A DNA stretch of 64,000 bases from Pseudomonadota bacterium (lineage in GTDB: Bacteria > Pseudomonadota > Alphaproteobacteria > Rhodobacterales > Rhodobacteraceae): positions 8,042 to 72,041 of the forward strand of contig CAUJIP010000026.1 of assembly GCA_963205235.1 (NCBI GenBank), in the 5' to 3' direction. Shown here one piece after another: positions 18,671 through 27,449 of this stretch. The notes under the pieces are model-generated. The model worked only from the letters and a program-made list of their open reading frames with translations. It was not told where the DNA came from and did not search any database. The position numbers were made by a program, and so were the translations under genes. How positions within the stretch are numbered: the stretch's first letter is position 1; each line of letters starts with the position of its first letter.

Positions 18671-18928
18671 TCGTGAACCGGGGGCCAGTTCCGGCCCGTT
18701 TGGCGCACAATAGACCGGATTTGTCCGAAAGCGAAGGCGGGCGAAAGAGGTTTTGCGTCTGTCCGCCGCCTATCAATTGGGCAGATGCGGCCACAAGCGC
18801 AAAAATTATGCGCCAAGCCGGGCATGAACGCGGATTCCAACGGCAGATTCATTGTGCGCCTGCAGCAATTCCGCCCTGCTTGCCCCTGACGGCCCCATTG
18901 GCGGGTCGCGTTGAGAAAGGGGAAAACC

Positions 18929-19267
18929 TTGAAGCTGATCATTGCAGCCATCAAGCCATTCAAGCTTGAGGAAGTCCGCGAAGCGCTGACCGCCATCGGC
19001 GTGCGCGGGATGATGGTAACCGAGATCAAGGGGTTCGGCACCCAGTCGGGCCACACCGAAATCTATCGGGGTGCCGAATACGCCGTGAACTTCGTGCCGA
19101 AAGTCCGGCTTGAAATCGTGGTTGCCGACGCGCTGGCCGATCAGGCCGTCGCGACCATCCAGAAGAAAGCCAAGACCGACAAGATCGGCGACGGAAAGAT
19201 TTTCGTCCTCGACGTTGAACACGCCGTGCGGGTCCGCACCGGTGAAACAGATGACGACGCGCTGTGA
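18929..19267 (+). CDS. glnK: Nitrogen regulatory protein P-II
   Basis: A TTG start gives the canonical 112-aa MKLIIAAIKPFKLEEVREAL... with T-loop GTQSGHTEIYRGAEY. A purine-rich RBS (aaaggggaaaa) lies upstream. The gene precedes amtB. Confidence 0.9.
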   Translation: MKLIIAAIKPFKLEEVREALTAIGVRGMMVTEIKGFGTQSGHTEIYRGAEYAVNFVPKVRLEIVVADALADQAVATIQKKAKTDKIGDGKIFVLDVEHAVRVRTGETDDDAL

Positions 19268-19293
19268 CGGCGGGGAAAAGGGGAAAACCTGAG

Positions 19294-20715
19294 ATGAACA
19301 TGCAACCGAAACATGCAGGTCTTGGCGCGCTGGCAGCGATGCTTGTGGCAGGCCTGCCAGCCTTGGCCCAGGACGGGCCGATCCTGAACCCGACAGCCGA
19401 GCAGATGGCAGCCATGGTCGACAAGGGCGACACGACCTGGATGCTGGTCTCATCCGCACTTGTGCTGATGATGGCCATTCCGGCGCTGGCCTTGTTCTAC
19501 GGCGGCCTGGTCCGCACCAAGAACATGCTCAGCCTGCTGATGCAGGTCTTCATGATCGTAGGCATCGGAGCGGTGATGTGGGTGGCGGTCGGCTACAGCC
19601 TCTCCTTCACCTCTGGCTCGCCCTACATCGGCGGCCTGTCCAAGGCGATGCTGGCGGGCGTCGGCACCGGCACCTATGCCGCGACATTTTCCAACAACGT
19701 CTACCTGCCGGAATATGCCTTCGTCATCTTCCAGATGACCTTCGCCTGCATCACCCCGGCCCTGATCATCGGGGCCTTCGCCGAGCGTATCAAGTTCTGG
19801 CCGCTGATGCTGTTCTGTGTCCTATGGACGCTTCTGGCCTATTATCCCATGGCCCACATGGTCTGGTTCTGGGCTGGACCGGACTTCCTGTCGGTACCCG
19901 AATTCGCCAATGACAAAGGCCTGCTTTGGGGCTGGGGTGCGCTTGACTTTGCGGGCGGCACCGTCGTCCACATCAACGCCGGGATCGCGGGTCTGGTCGG
20001 CTGTATCGTCGTGGGCAAACGGATCGGCTTCAACAAGGAACCGATGCCGCCGCACAGCCTGACGATGACGATGATCGGTGCTTCGCTGCTGTGGGTCGGC
20101 TGGTTCGGCTTCAACGCCGGGTCCAACCTGGAAGCCAACGGCCTTGCGGCGCTTGCCTTCCTGAACACCTTCGTCGCCACCGCCGCCGCGACCCTTTCCT
20201 GGGTTCTGGTCGAACAGCTGCGCCATGGTCGCCCGTCACTTCTGGGGGCAGTCACCGGGGCCGTCGCCGGTCTGGTCGCCGTCACCCCCGCTGCAGGCTT
20301 TGCTTCCCCCGGAGGGGCGCTTGTCCTGGGTCTGATCGTCTCGCCGGTCTGCTTTGTCTTCGTCTCGACGGTGAAAAAGCGGTTCGGCTATGACGACAGC
20401 CTGGATGTCTTTGGCGTACACGGCGTCGGCGGGATCGTTGGAGCCATCGGGACCGGCGTGCTGGCTGATCCTTCGCTTGGCGGGCAGGGCTGGTATGACT
20501 ACACCGTCTTCCCGGCGGTTCCGGGGGTCTATGACATGACCGCCCAGGTCATCATCCAGATCCAGGCCGTTGCCGTGACCGTGGCCTGGACCGGCGTCGT
20601 GTCGCTGCTTCTTTTCTCGCTGATCAAGCTGGTCTTCGGTCTGCGCCCATCCAACGACGACGAACGTCAGGGCCTTGACCAGACCGCCCACGGCGAAAGC
20701 GCCTACAACATGTGA
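19294..20715 (+). CDS. amtB: Ammonium transporter
   Basis: Start trimmed to MNMQPKHAG. Multi-TM protein with LDFAGGTVVHINAGIAGL and DVFGVHGVGGIVG motifs. Confidence 0.9.
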   Translation: MNMQPKHAGLGALAAMLVAGLPALAQDGPILNPTAEQMAAMVDKGDTTWMLVSSALVLMMAIPALALFYGGLVRTKNMLSLLMQVFMIVGIGAVMWVAVGYSLSFTSGSPYIGGLSKAMLAGVGTGTYAATFSNNVYLPEYAFVIFQMTFACITPALIIGAFAERIKFWPLMLFCVLWTLLAYYPMAHMVWFWAGPDFLSVPEFANDKGLLWGWGALDFAGGTVVHINAGIAGLVGCIVVGKRIGFNKEPMPPHSLTMTMIGASLLWVGWFGFNAGSNLEANGLAALAFLNTFVATAAATLSWVLVEQLRHGRPSLLGAVTGAVAGLVAVTPAAGFASPGGALVLGLIVSPVCFVFVSTVKKRFGYDDSLDVFGVHGVGGIVGAIGTGVLADPSLGGQGWYDYTVFPAVPGVYDMTAQVIIQIQAVAVTVAWTGVVSLLLFSLIKLVFGLRPSNDDERQGLDQTAHGESAYNM

Positions 20716-20737
20716 TACGGGTGCCGTGACAAAAGAA

Positions 20738-20771
20738 AACGGCCCGGGTTACGCCCGGGCCGTTCTTGTTT
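20738..20771. terminator. Bidirectional rho-independent terminator (amtB / usp convergent gap)
   Basis: 11-bp perfect stem aacggcccggg / cccgggccgtt with a 5-nt loop. T-rich tracts follow on both strands. Confidence 0.75.
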
Positions 20772-20781
20772 CAGACGCGGC

Positions 20782-21627
20782 TCAATGCGCCAGGAAAACC
20801 GGAATCTCGGCGCTTTCCAGCATGTCGCGGGTGGCACCGCCCAGGATCGCCTCGCGGAACCGCGAATGGCCATAGGCCCCCATCACCAGCAGGCCCGCGT
20901 CAAAGTCCCGCGCCTGCCGCGCCAGAACCTCGGAAATCCGCGGCAGGGTCTTTGCCAGGACCGACACTTCGGCCTTGATCCCGTGACGCACCAGCAACTG
21001 GCACAGAAGCCCGCCCGGATCAGACCGCTCGGGCCCATGGGTCGGCGGGTCGACAACCACGATCTGCACCGACTCGGCCCGGCGCAGGAAGGGCATGGCA
21101 CGGCGGGCGGCGACCATCGCTTCGCGACTTTGGTTCCAGGCCAGCATGACGCGCTTTGGTTCCGCCGACTTCATCCCCGACGGCGGGACAACCAGCACGG
21201 GGGACATGCCCTCGAACAGGGCGGCCTCGGTGACGGCCTCGTCAATCACGCTGCGGCCGGGTCCATAGGCCAAGGGCAGGATGACAAGATCCGAATACCG
21301 CGCCCGGGTGCCGACCACATCGGTCAGCGCGCCAAGCTGCGTCACCACCGATTCGACCGACGACCGCAGCGTGGGCGGCTGCGCCCCCAGCGCTGCATTC
21401 AGCGCGGCTTCAGCCTTCCGCGCCTCGCTTTCGGCGCGGTCCATCGCGGCCGCAATCACCACCGCACCCGAGCCGACATAGGAATAGCCGACCTGCGTCT
21501 GGTCGACACCCAACGCCAGCGCGTCCAGATGGGCATCCATCCGGTTTGCGATCTGGGCAGCGGCAGTCACGGTGGTCAAAAGCCCCTCGGGCGAGGTGGC
21601 AACCGTCAGAAGGGATTTGTAGGGCAT
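20782..21627 (-). CDS. Tandem-domain universal stress protein (UspA family)
   Basis: 281 aa in two USP-like halves. The C-terminal part reads [25 protein letters not shown]. Confidence 0.8.
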   Translation of the reverse strand: MPYKSLLTVATSPEGLLTTVTAAAQIANRMDAHLDALALGVDQTQVGYSYVGSGAVVIAAAMDRAESEARKAEAALNAALGAQPPTLRSSVESVVTQLGALTDVVGTRARYSDLVILPLAYGPGRSVIDEAVTEAALFEGMSPVLVVPPSGMKSAEPKRVMLAWNQSREAMVAARRAMPFLRRAESVQIVVVDPPTHGPERSDPGGLLCQLLVRHGIKAEVSVLAKTLPRISEVLARQARDFDAGLLVMGAYGHSRFREAILGGATRDMLESAEIPVFLAH

Positions 21628-21693
21628 GGTCAGCTCCTATGAGGTCAGTCTGCACGACAAGAGTTCATCTTGCGCACTCCTGCAACCCGCGCA

Positions 21694-21707
21694 TTGACCA
21701 AGATCAA
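21694..21707. promoter_or_regulatory. FNR/FnrL-type box
   Basis: TTGACCAAGATCAA against the consensus TTGAT-N4-ATCAA. Lies in the usp / ccoN divergent region. Confidence 0.7.
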
Positions 21708-21725
21708 TTCCCCGCATCGGGCTGG

Positions 21726-21739
21726 TTGACCCAGATCAA
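21726..21739. promoter_or_regulatory. FNR/FnrL-type box
   Basis: TTGACCCAGATCAA, centred 32 bp from the first box and about 110 bp upstream of the ccoN ATG. Confidence 0.7.
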
Positions 21740-21845
21740 GGTATTTCAACCCGCTGCACCGCAGAAGTCGAACAGTCGGAGAGTCCGGCTTGGCCCCGAG
21801 TCGACAAATGGGCCCGGTCGGACGGACAGGACGAAGGGACGCAAA

Positions 21846-23444
21846 ATGTGGGACTACTTGAAACTGGCAGGGCTTGGCCTCGTCGCGGTCTTGGCCGCGA
21901 TCGCGGCCAATTATGCCCGTGACCTGGCCTATCAGGTCAATGCGCTTACGGTGATGCTTGCAGCGGGCATCGCCTTTCTTTGGGTGCTGCGGACGGCGGG
22001 CGATCCAAAGCCCAATGTGCAGCATGAATATTTCGACTCTGTAATCCGGGCCGGGGCCATCGCCACGGCCTTTTGGGGCGTTGTGGGCTTTCTGGTCGGC
22101 GTCGTCATCGCCAGCCAGCTTGCCTTTCCCTGGCTGAACTTCGAGTTCCTGCAGGGCTTCGGCAACTTTGGCCGCCTGCGCCCGCTGCACACCAGCGCGG
22201 TGATCTTTGCCTTTGGCGGCAACGCGCTGATCATGTCGTCGTTCTATATCGTCCAGCGCACCAGCGCGGCGCGCCTGTTCGGCGGCAGCCTTGGCTGGTT
22301 CGTGTTCTGGGGCTGGCAGCTGGTGATCGTTCTGGCGGCAACCGGTTATGTTCTGGGTGCCACGCAAGCCAAGGAATATGCCGAGCCGGTCTGGTATGTC
22401 GACATCCTGATCACTGTGGTCTGGGTTGGCCTGCTGATCGCCTTCATGGGCACGCTGCTGAAACGCAAGGAACCCCACATCTACGTGGCCAACTGGTTCC
22501 TTCTGTCGATGATCCTGACCGTGGCGATGCTGCATCTGGTCAACAACCTTGCGATCCCGGTCTCGATCTTCGGGTCCGAGCAGGTTCAGCTCTTCTCGGG
22601 CGTGCAGGACGCCATGGTGCAGTGGTGGTATGGCCACAACGCCGTGGGCTTCTTCCTGACCGCAGGCTTCCTTGGGATGATGTACTACTTCGTTCCCAAG
22701 CAGGTCGAACGGCCGGTCTACAGCTACAAGCTGTCGATCATCCACTTCTGGGCGCTGATCTTCCTTTATATCTGGGCCGGTCCGCACCACCTGCACTATA
22801 CCGCCCTGCCGGAATGGGCCGCGACCCTTGGCATGGTGTTCTCGGTGATCCTCTGGATGCCGTCGTGGGGTGGCATGATCAACGGTCTGATGACGCTTTC
22901 GGGCGCCTGGGACAAACTGCGCACCGACCCGATCATCCGGATGATGGTCGTCTCGATCGGCTTCTACGGCATGTCGACCTTCGAAGGCCCGATGATGTCG
23001 ATCAAGGCCGTGAACAGCCTGTCGCACTATACCGACTGGACCATCGGTCACGTCCACTCCGGCGCCTTGGGCTGGAACGGGATGATCACCTTCGGCGTGC
23101 TTTACTATCTGGTTCCGCGTCTTTGGAACCGCGAAGGGCTTTACAGCCTGAAACTGGTCAGCTGGCACTTCTGGCTCGCCACCATCGGGATCGTTCTCTA
23201 CGCCTCCTCGATGTGGGTCACGGGCATCATGGAAGGCCTGATGTGGCGTGAAGTGGATGCGAACGGGTTCCTCGTGAACGCCTTTGCCGACACGGTGGCC
23301 GCCAAGTTCCCGATGTATGTGGTCCGCGCCTCCGGTGGAGCGCTGTTCCTTACAGGGGCGCTGATCATGTGCTGGAACCTCTGGATGACCGTGCGGGCCC
23401 AACCCGCGAAGGCCACTCAGAATTCCATGGTTCCGGCGGAATAA
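21846..23444 (+). CDS. ccoN: cbb3-type cytochrome c oxidase subunit I
   Basis: Start trimmed to [11 protein letters not shown]. Multi-TM heme-copper oxidase sequence ([28 protein letters not shown]). 532 aa. Confidence 0.95.
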   Translation: MWDYLKLAGLGLVAVLAAIAANYARDLAYQVNALTVMLAAGIAFLWVLRTAGDPKPNVQHEYFDSVIRAGAIATAFWGVVGFLVGVVIASQLAFPWLNFEFLQGFGNFGRLRPLHTSAVIFAFGGNALIMSSFYIVQRTSAARLFGGSLGWFVFWGWQLVIVLAATGYVLGATQAKEYAEPVWYVDILITVVWVGLLIAFMGTLLKRKEPHIYVANWFLLSMILTVAMLHLVNNLAIPVSIFGSEQVQLFSGVQDAMVQWWYGHNAVGFFLTAGFLGMMYYFVPKQVERPVYSYKLSIIHFWALIFLYIWAGPHHLHYTALPEWAATLGMVFSVILWMPSWGGMINGLMTLSGAWDKLRTDPIIRMMVVSIGFYGMSTFEGPMMSIKAVNSLSHYTDWTIGHVHSGALGWNGMITFGVLYYLVPRLWNREGLYSLKLVSWHFWLATIGIVLYASSMWVTGIMEGLMWREVDANGFLVNAFADTVAAKFPMYVVRASGGALFLTGALIMCWNLWMTVRAQPAKATQNSMVPAE

Positions 23445-23456
23445 GGGGACAAAGAC

Positions 23457-24224
23457 ATGGGAATTCTTGACAAACACAAAGCAATCGAAACCCACGCGAC
23501 GCTTCTGATGGTGCTCAGCCTTCTGGTCGTCACCATCGGGGGGATCGTGCAGATCACGCCGCTCTTCTATCTTGAAAACACCATCGAGAAAGTCGACGGG
23601 ATGCGTCCCTACACGCCGCTGGAACTGGCCGGCAAGGCGATCTTCCAGCGCGAGGGCTGCTATGGCTGCCACAGCCAGATGATCCGCCCGATGCGCGACG
23701 AAGTCGAACGCTATGGCCATTACAGCCTGGCGGCGGAATCGATGTACGACCATCCGTTCCAGTGGGGCTCCAAACGCACCGGGCCGGACCTTGCACGGGT
23801 GGGCGGGCGCTATTCCGACGAATGGCACCAGGACCACTTCACCGATGCCAAGTCGGTGGTGCCGGAATCGGTGATGCCGCCCTATGGCTTCCTTGCCGAC
23901 AACGTCATCGACGGGGAATACATCCAGGATCTGGTTGCCGCGAACCGGATGGTGGGCGTGCCCTATACCGACGCGATGGTCGAAAACGCGCTGGCCGACT
24001 TCCTGGCGCAGGCCGACCCGAATGCTGACTCCAGCGGTCTTGTCGAACGTTACACCTGGATGGAAGACAACGGCACCGTCGTGCAGAACTTCCCCAAGTC
24101 GCTTAACGTCCGCAACTTCGACGGCCAGCCCGAGCTGACCGAGATGGACGCGCTGATCGCATATGTTCAGGTGCTGGGCACGATGGTCGACTTCTCGACC
24201 TTCACTCCAGTCGCGAACCGGTAA
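23457..24224 (+). CDS. ccoO: cbb3-type cytochrome c oxidase subunit II (monoheme)
   Basis: N-terminal TM segment and heme c site CYGCHSQ. Confidence 0.95.
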   Translation: MGILDKHKAIETHATLLMVLSLLVVTIGGIVQITPLFYLENTIEKVDGMRPYTPLELAGKAIFQREGCYGCHSQMIRPMRDEVERYGHYSLAAESMYDHPFQWGSKRTGPDLARVGGRYSDEWHQDHFTDAKSVVPESVMPPYGFLADNVIDGEYIQDLVAANRMVGVPYTDAMVENALADFLAQADPNADSSGLVERYTWMEDNGTVVQNFPKSLNVRNFDGQPELTEMDALIAYVQVLGTMVDFSTFTPVANR

Positions 24225-24234
24225 GGGGGCAAGG

Positions 24235-24426
24235 ATGGAAACCTATTCCGTACTGCGCCACCTGGCCGACAGCTGGTTCCTTCTGGCGATGACGCTCCTG
24301 TTCCTTGGCATCTGCCTCTGGGCCTTCCGGCCCGGCGTGCGGGCTGCCCATCAGGATGTCGCAAGCTCCATCTTCCGCAACGATGACCATCCTGCGGAAG
24401 CAACCCCTGCCAAGAAGGAGGCATAA
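24235..24426 (+). CDS. ccoQ: cbb3-type oxidase small subunit CcoQ/FixQ
   Basis: 63-aa [31 protein letters not shown]..., the in-frame tail of track ORF 24163-24426. Position between ccoO and ccoP fits. Confidence 0.8.
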   Translation: METYSVLRHLADSWFLLAMTLLFLGICLWAFRPGVRAAHQDVASSIFRNDDHPAEATPAKKEA

Positions 24427-24430
24427 GGCC

Positions 24431-25312
24431 ATGTGCGCCAAGCCATTGAAGAAAGAGCCCCGGCAGGTGGAAACGACCGGCCACAGCTGGGACGGCATTG
24501 AAGAGTGGAACAACCCCCTGCCCCGTTGGTGGGTCTGGGTGTTCGTCGGCACCATCGTCTGGGGGGTGGGCTATACTGTGGCCTATCCCGCCTGGCCCCT
24601 GCTGACCGAGGCAACGCCCGGGGTCATCGGCGGCAACACGCGGCTGGACGTCGCCACCGAAATCGCTGCGGTCGACAAGTCGAACGAAGCGATCAAGGCC
24701 AAGCTCGTCGCTGCCGATCTGACCGCCATCAGTGCTGACGAGGAACTTGCCAACTTTGCCACCAATGCCGGTGCCGCGATCTTCCGCACCAACTGCGCCA
24801 CTTGCCATGGCTCGGGGGCGGCGGGTGTTGAAGGCAAGGGCTATCCGAACCTTCTGGACGACGACTGGCTTTGGGGCGGTACGATGGAGGATATCCATCT
24901 GACCATCACCCACGGCATCCGCAACACCACCGACAAGGACGCCCGCTATTCGGAAATGCCGAAATTCGGCGCGGACGAAATCCTGGACGCCACCCAGATC
25001 GCTCAGGTCGCGGAACATGTGCTTGCCCTTTCGGGTCAAGAGCATGACGCAACCCTTGCTGCGGCCGGGGCTACCGTCTTCGTCGACGCAGGTTGCAACG
25101 CCTGCCACATGGACGACGGCACCGGCGACCGGATGCAGGGCGCTCCGAACCTGACTGACGCGATCTGGCTTTACGGCGGCTCGCGCGAGGCGATCATCGA
25201 GACGGTCACCTACGCCCGCTTCGGTGTGATGCCCAACTGGAATGAACGGCTGAGCGAAGACGAAATCCGTGCGGTTGCGTTCTTCGTCCACAGCCGTGGT
25301 GGTGGCGAGTGA
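24431..25312 (+). CDS. ccoP: cbb3-type cytochrome c oxidase subunit III (diheme)
   Basis: Start trimmed to MCAKPLKKE, preceded by aggagg. Contains [17 protein letters not shown] and two heme sites CATCHG and CNACHM. Confidence 0.9.
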   Translation: MCAKPLKKEPRQVETTGHSWDGIEEWNNPLPRWWVWVFVGTIVWGVGYTVAYPAWPLLTEATPGVIGGNTRLDVATEIAAVDKSNEAIKAKLVAADLTAISADEELANFATNAGAAIFRTNCATCHGSGAAGVEGKGYPNLLDDDWLWGGTMEDIHLTITHGIRNTTDKDARYSEMPKFGADEILDATQIAQVAEHVLALSGQEHDATLAAAGATVFVDAGCNACHMDDGTGDRMQGAPNLTDAIWLYGGSREAIIETVTYARFGVMPNWNERLSEDEIRAVAFFVHSRGGGE

Positions 25313-25329
25313 CCGTTGTTTGAAACGAC

Positions 25330-25402
25330 TGCGGCCCGTCCCTCTCTCCGGGCCGCAATTACCAGACTGCCGCGATCCGAAAGGCTCGCGGCCTTTTCTT
25401 TT
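25330..25402 (+). terminator. Two tandem hairpins ending the ccoNOQP operon; the second is followed by a T-tract
   Basis: tgcggcccg / cgggccgca at 25330-25357. gccgcga / tcgcggc at 25369-25392, followed by cttttctttt. Confidence 0.7.
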
Positions 25403-25491
25403 CCGGCAGATGGCGCATATTCTGGATACGGCCTGATGCGTTGCCCCCGGCGTTTGGGACCACGACGATGTGATGCCAAGGCGTCTTTCTA

Positions 25492-25505
25492 TTGATGCAG
25501 GTCAA
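25492..25505. promoter_or_regulatory. FNR/FnrL-type box upstream of ccoG
   Basis: TTGATGCAGGTCAA, about 72 bp upstream of the ccoG GTG. Confidence 0.6.
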
Positions 25506-25576
25506 GGCCGCCAGCACGCGAATGGGGGAATGCAGGGCGGAAGACCTGACTGCCCCCTGCCGGGGAAGGAGCAAAC

Positions 25577-26992
25577 GTGAGCACCCCTGAAACCGAACCC
25601 GCCCTTTATGCCGCACGCGAACCGGTGTTTCCGCGCCGAGTGAAGGGTACCTTCCGGACACTCAAGTGGTGGATCATGGGAATCACCCTTGGCATCTACT
25701 ACCTGACGCCCTGGCTGCGCTGGGATCGCGGGCCTTCGCTGCCCGATCAGGCGGTTCTGGTTGATATGGCGAACCGCCGCTTCTTCTTCTTCATGATCGA
25801 GATCTGGCCGCATGAATTCTATTTCATCGCGGGCCTGCTGATCATGGCGGGTCTTGGCCTGTTTCTGTTCACCTCCGCCGCCGGACGGGTCTGGTGCGGC
25901 TATGCCTGCCCGCAGACCGTCTGGACCGACCTGTTCATCCTGGTCGAACGCTGGGTCGAAGGCGACCGAAACGCGCGCATCCGGTTGTTCCGGCAGAAAT
26001 GGGACGCTGAAAAGATTCGCAAGCGGGCGGTCAAATGGACCATCTGGTTCCTGATCGGTCTGGCCACAGGCGGGGCATGGATCTTCTATTTCACTGACGC
26101 GCCCACGCTTCTGCGTGATCTGGTGACCGGTCAGGCATCGATGATCGCCTATATCACCATGCTGATCCTGACTTTGACCACCTTTGCCTTCGGCGGCTTT
26201 GCCCGCGAACAGATCTGCATCTATGCCTGCCCATGGCCGCGCATCCAGGCCGCCATGATGGACGAGGATACCCTCACCATCGGCTACCGCGACTGGCGCG
26301 GAGAACCCCGCGGCAAGCAGACCATCGAGGGCAACGGCGACTGCATCGACTGCATGGCTTGCGTCAACGTCTGCCCGATGGGGATCGACATCCGCAATGG
26401 CCAGCAACTGGCCTGCATCACCTGCGGCCTGTGCATCGACGCCTGCAACGACATGATGGACAAGATCGGCAAGCCCCGCGACCTGATCGGCTATCTCGCG
26501 CTGACGGACGAGACCCGAGAACGCGCCGGATTGCCGCGCAAACCGATCATGGCACATGTCTTCCGCCTGCGGACCATGATCTACACCGTGCTGTGGTCGG
26601 CGGTCGGCATCGGCCTTGTCGTCGCGCTTTTCATGCGCTCGCCCATCGACGTGAACGTGACCCCGGTCCGCAACCCGACCTTTGTCACACTCTCGGACGG
26701 CAGCATCCGCAACGCCTATGACCTGCGCCTGCGCAACATGCACGGCGAAGAGGCCCAGTTCACCATCACGGTGACTTCGGACACCAATGTGACGATGTCG
26801 CTGGAAGGGGCCGAAGGTCTGACTGTGACCGTCCCCGCCAACGAAACCATGTCCCAGCGCGTCTATCTGACTGCAGCCCCCGGCACTCGTGCCGCGGTCG
26901 AAGATCGAAGCGACGTGCGGATCTGGGTCGCCGAGCTGGGCACCACAAACCGCGTGTATCACGATACGATTTTCAACGGGAAGGAAGACTGA
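25577..26992 (+). CDS. ccoG: cbb3 oxidase accessory 4Fe-4S protein CcoG/FixG
   Basis: GTG start. Cys clusters CGYACPQ, CIYACPWP, CIDCMACVNVCP and CITCGLCIDACN. Confidence 0.9.
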   Translation: MSTPETEPALYAAREPVFPRRVKGTFRTLKWWIMGITLGIYYLTPWLRWDRGPSLPDQAVLVDMANRRFFFFMIEIWPHEFYFIAGLLIMAGLGLFLFTSAAGRVWCGYACPQTVWTDLFILVERWVEGDRNARIRLFRQKWDAEKIRKRAVKWTIWFLIGLATGGAWIFYFTDAPTLLRDLVTGQASMIAYITMLILTLTTFAFGGFAREQICIYACPWPRIQAAMMDEDTLTIGYRDWRGEPRGKQTIEGNGDCIDCMACVNVCPMGIDIRNGQQLACITCGLCIDACNDMMDKIGKPRDLIGYLALTDETRERAGLPRKPIMAHVFRLRTMIYTVLWSAVGIGLVVALFMRSPIDVNVTPVRNPTFVTLSDGSIRNAYDLRLRNMHGEEAQFTITVTSDTNVTMSLEGAEGLTVTVPANETMSQRVYLTAAPGTRAAVEDRSDVRIWVAELGTTNRVYHDTIFNGKED

Positions 26993-26993
26993 G

Positions 26994-27446
26994 ATGGGTG
27001 AACTTACCGGGCGCCACGTCTTTGCCATCACCGCCAGCGCCTTTGCCGTGATCATCGGGGTGAACGTGCTTCTGGCCGTCAAGGCCGTCAGCACCTTCCC
27101 CGGGCTTGAGGTCGAGAATTCCTATGTCGCGGGCCAGGGCTTCAACGAACGCAAGGCCGCGCAGGATGCCTTGGGCTGGGTGATGACACCGACCTATGAA
27201 GCAGGCCGGATCAAGCTTGCCTTCACCGATCAAAGCGGCAATCCGGTCTCGGTTCAGGACCTCAAGGTCCTGGTCGGACGCACGACCGAAGCCGGTGACG
27301 ATGTCTGGCCGGACTTTGCCCCGCAGGACGGGGTCTATGCCGCCGATGTCGCCCTTGGCCGTGGCAAATGGATGCTCAAGGTCACCGCCTTGTCCGCAGA
27401 CGGCACGCTTTTCGAACAACGCTCGGACCTTTTCGTGCAAGGCTGA
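26994..27446 (+). CDS. ccoH: FixH/CcoH family protein
   Basis: Start trimmed to MGELTGRHVFAITASAFAVIIGVNVLLAV, 1 nt after the ccoG stop. Confidence 0.8.
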   Translation: MGELTGRHVFAITASAFAVIIGVNVLLAVKAVSTFPGLEVENSYVAGQGFNERKAAQDALGWVMTPTYEAGRIKLAFTDQSGNPVSVQDLKVLVGRTTEAGDDVWPDFAPQDGVYAADVALGRGKWMLKVTALSADGTLFEQRSDLFVQG

Positions 27447-27449
27447 CCC

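Noticed and set aside
18850-18928. Possible sigma54 (-24/-12) promoter for glnK
   Set aside because: The best candidate, TGGCGGGTCGCGTTGAG, has the wrong spacing and lacks the GC of the -12 element. Not supported.
21546-21845. N-terminal extensions of track ORFs. Examples: ccoN from 21546, ccoP from 24305, the CaiB gene from 48361, ccoH from 26889, the FAD oxidoreductase from 37995, and the patatin gene from 45759
   Set aside because: The extensions overlap upstream genes or regulatory sites and are Arg/Pro-rich. Internal Met/Val/Leu starts give canonical family N-termini, often with a Shine-Dalgarno-like sequence.
21645-23837. 730-aa minus-strand ORF
   Set aside because: Antisense to ccoN/ccoO, whose plus-strand products have full heme-copper oxidase and CxxCH motifs. 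Arg/Pro/Gly/His-rich and without recognisable domains.
25502-27094. 530-aa minus-strand ORF
   Set aside because: Antisense to ccoG, which has four Cys clusters on the plus strand. High-GC antisense artefact.
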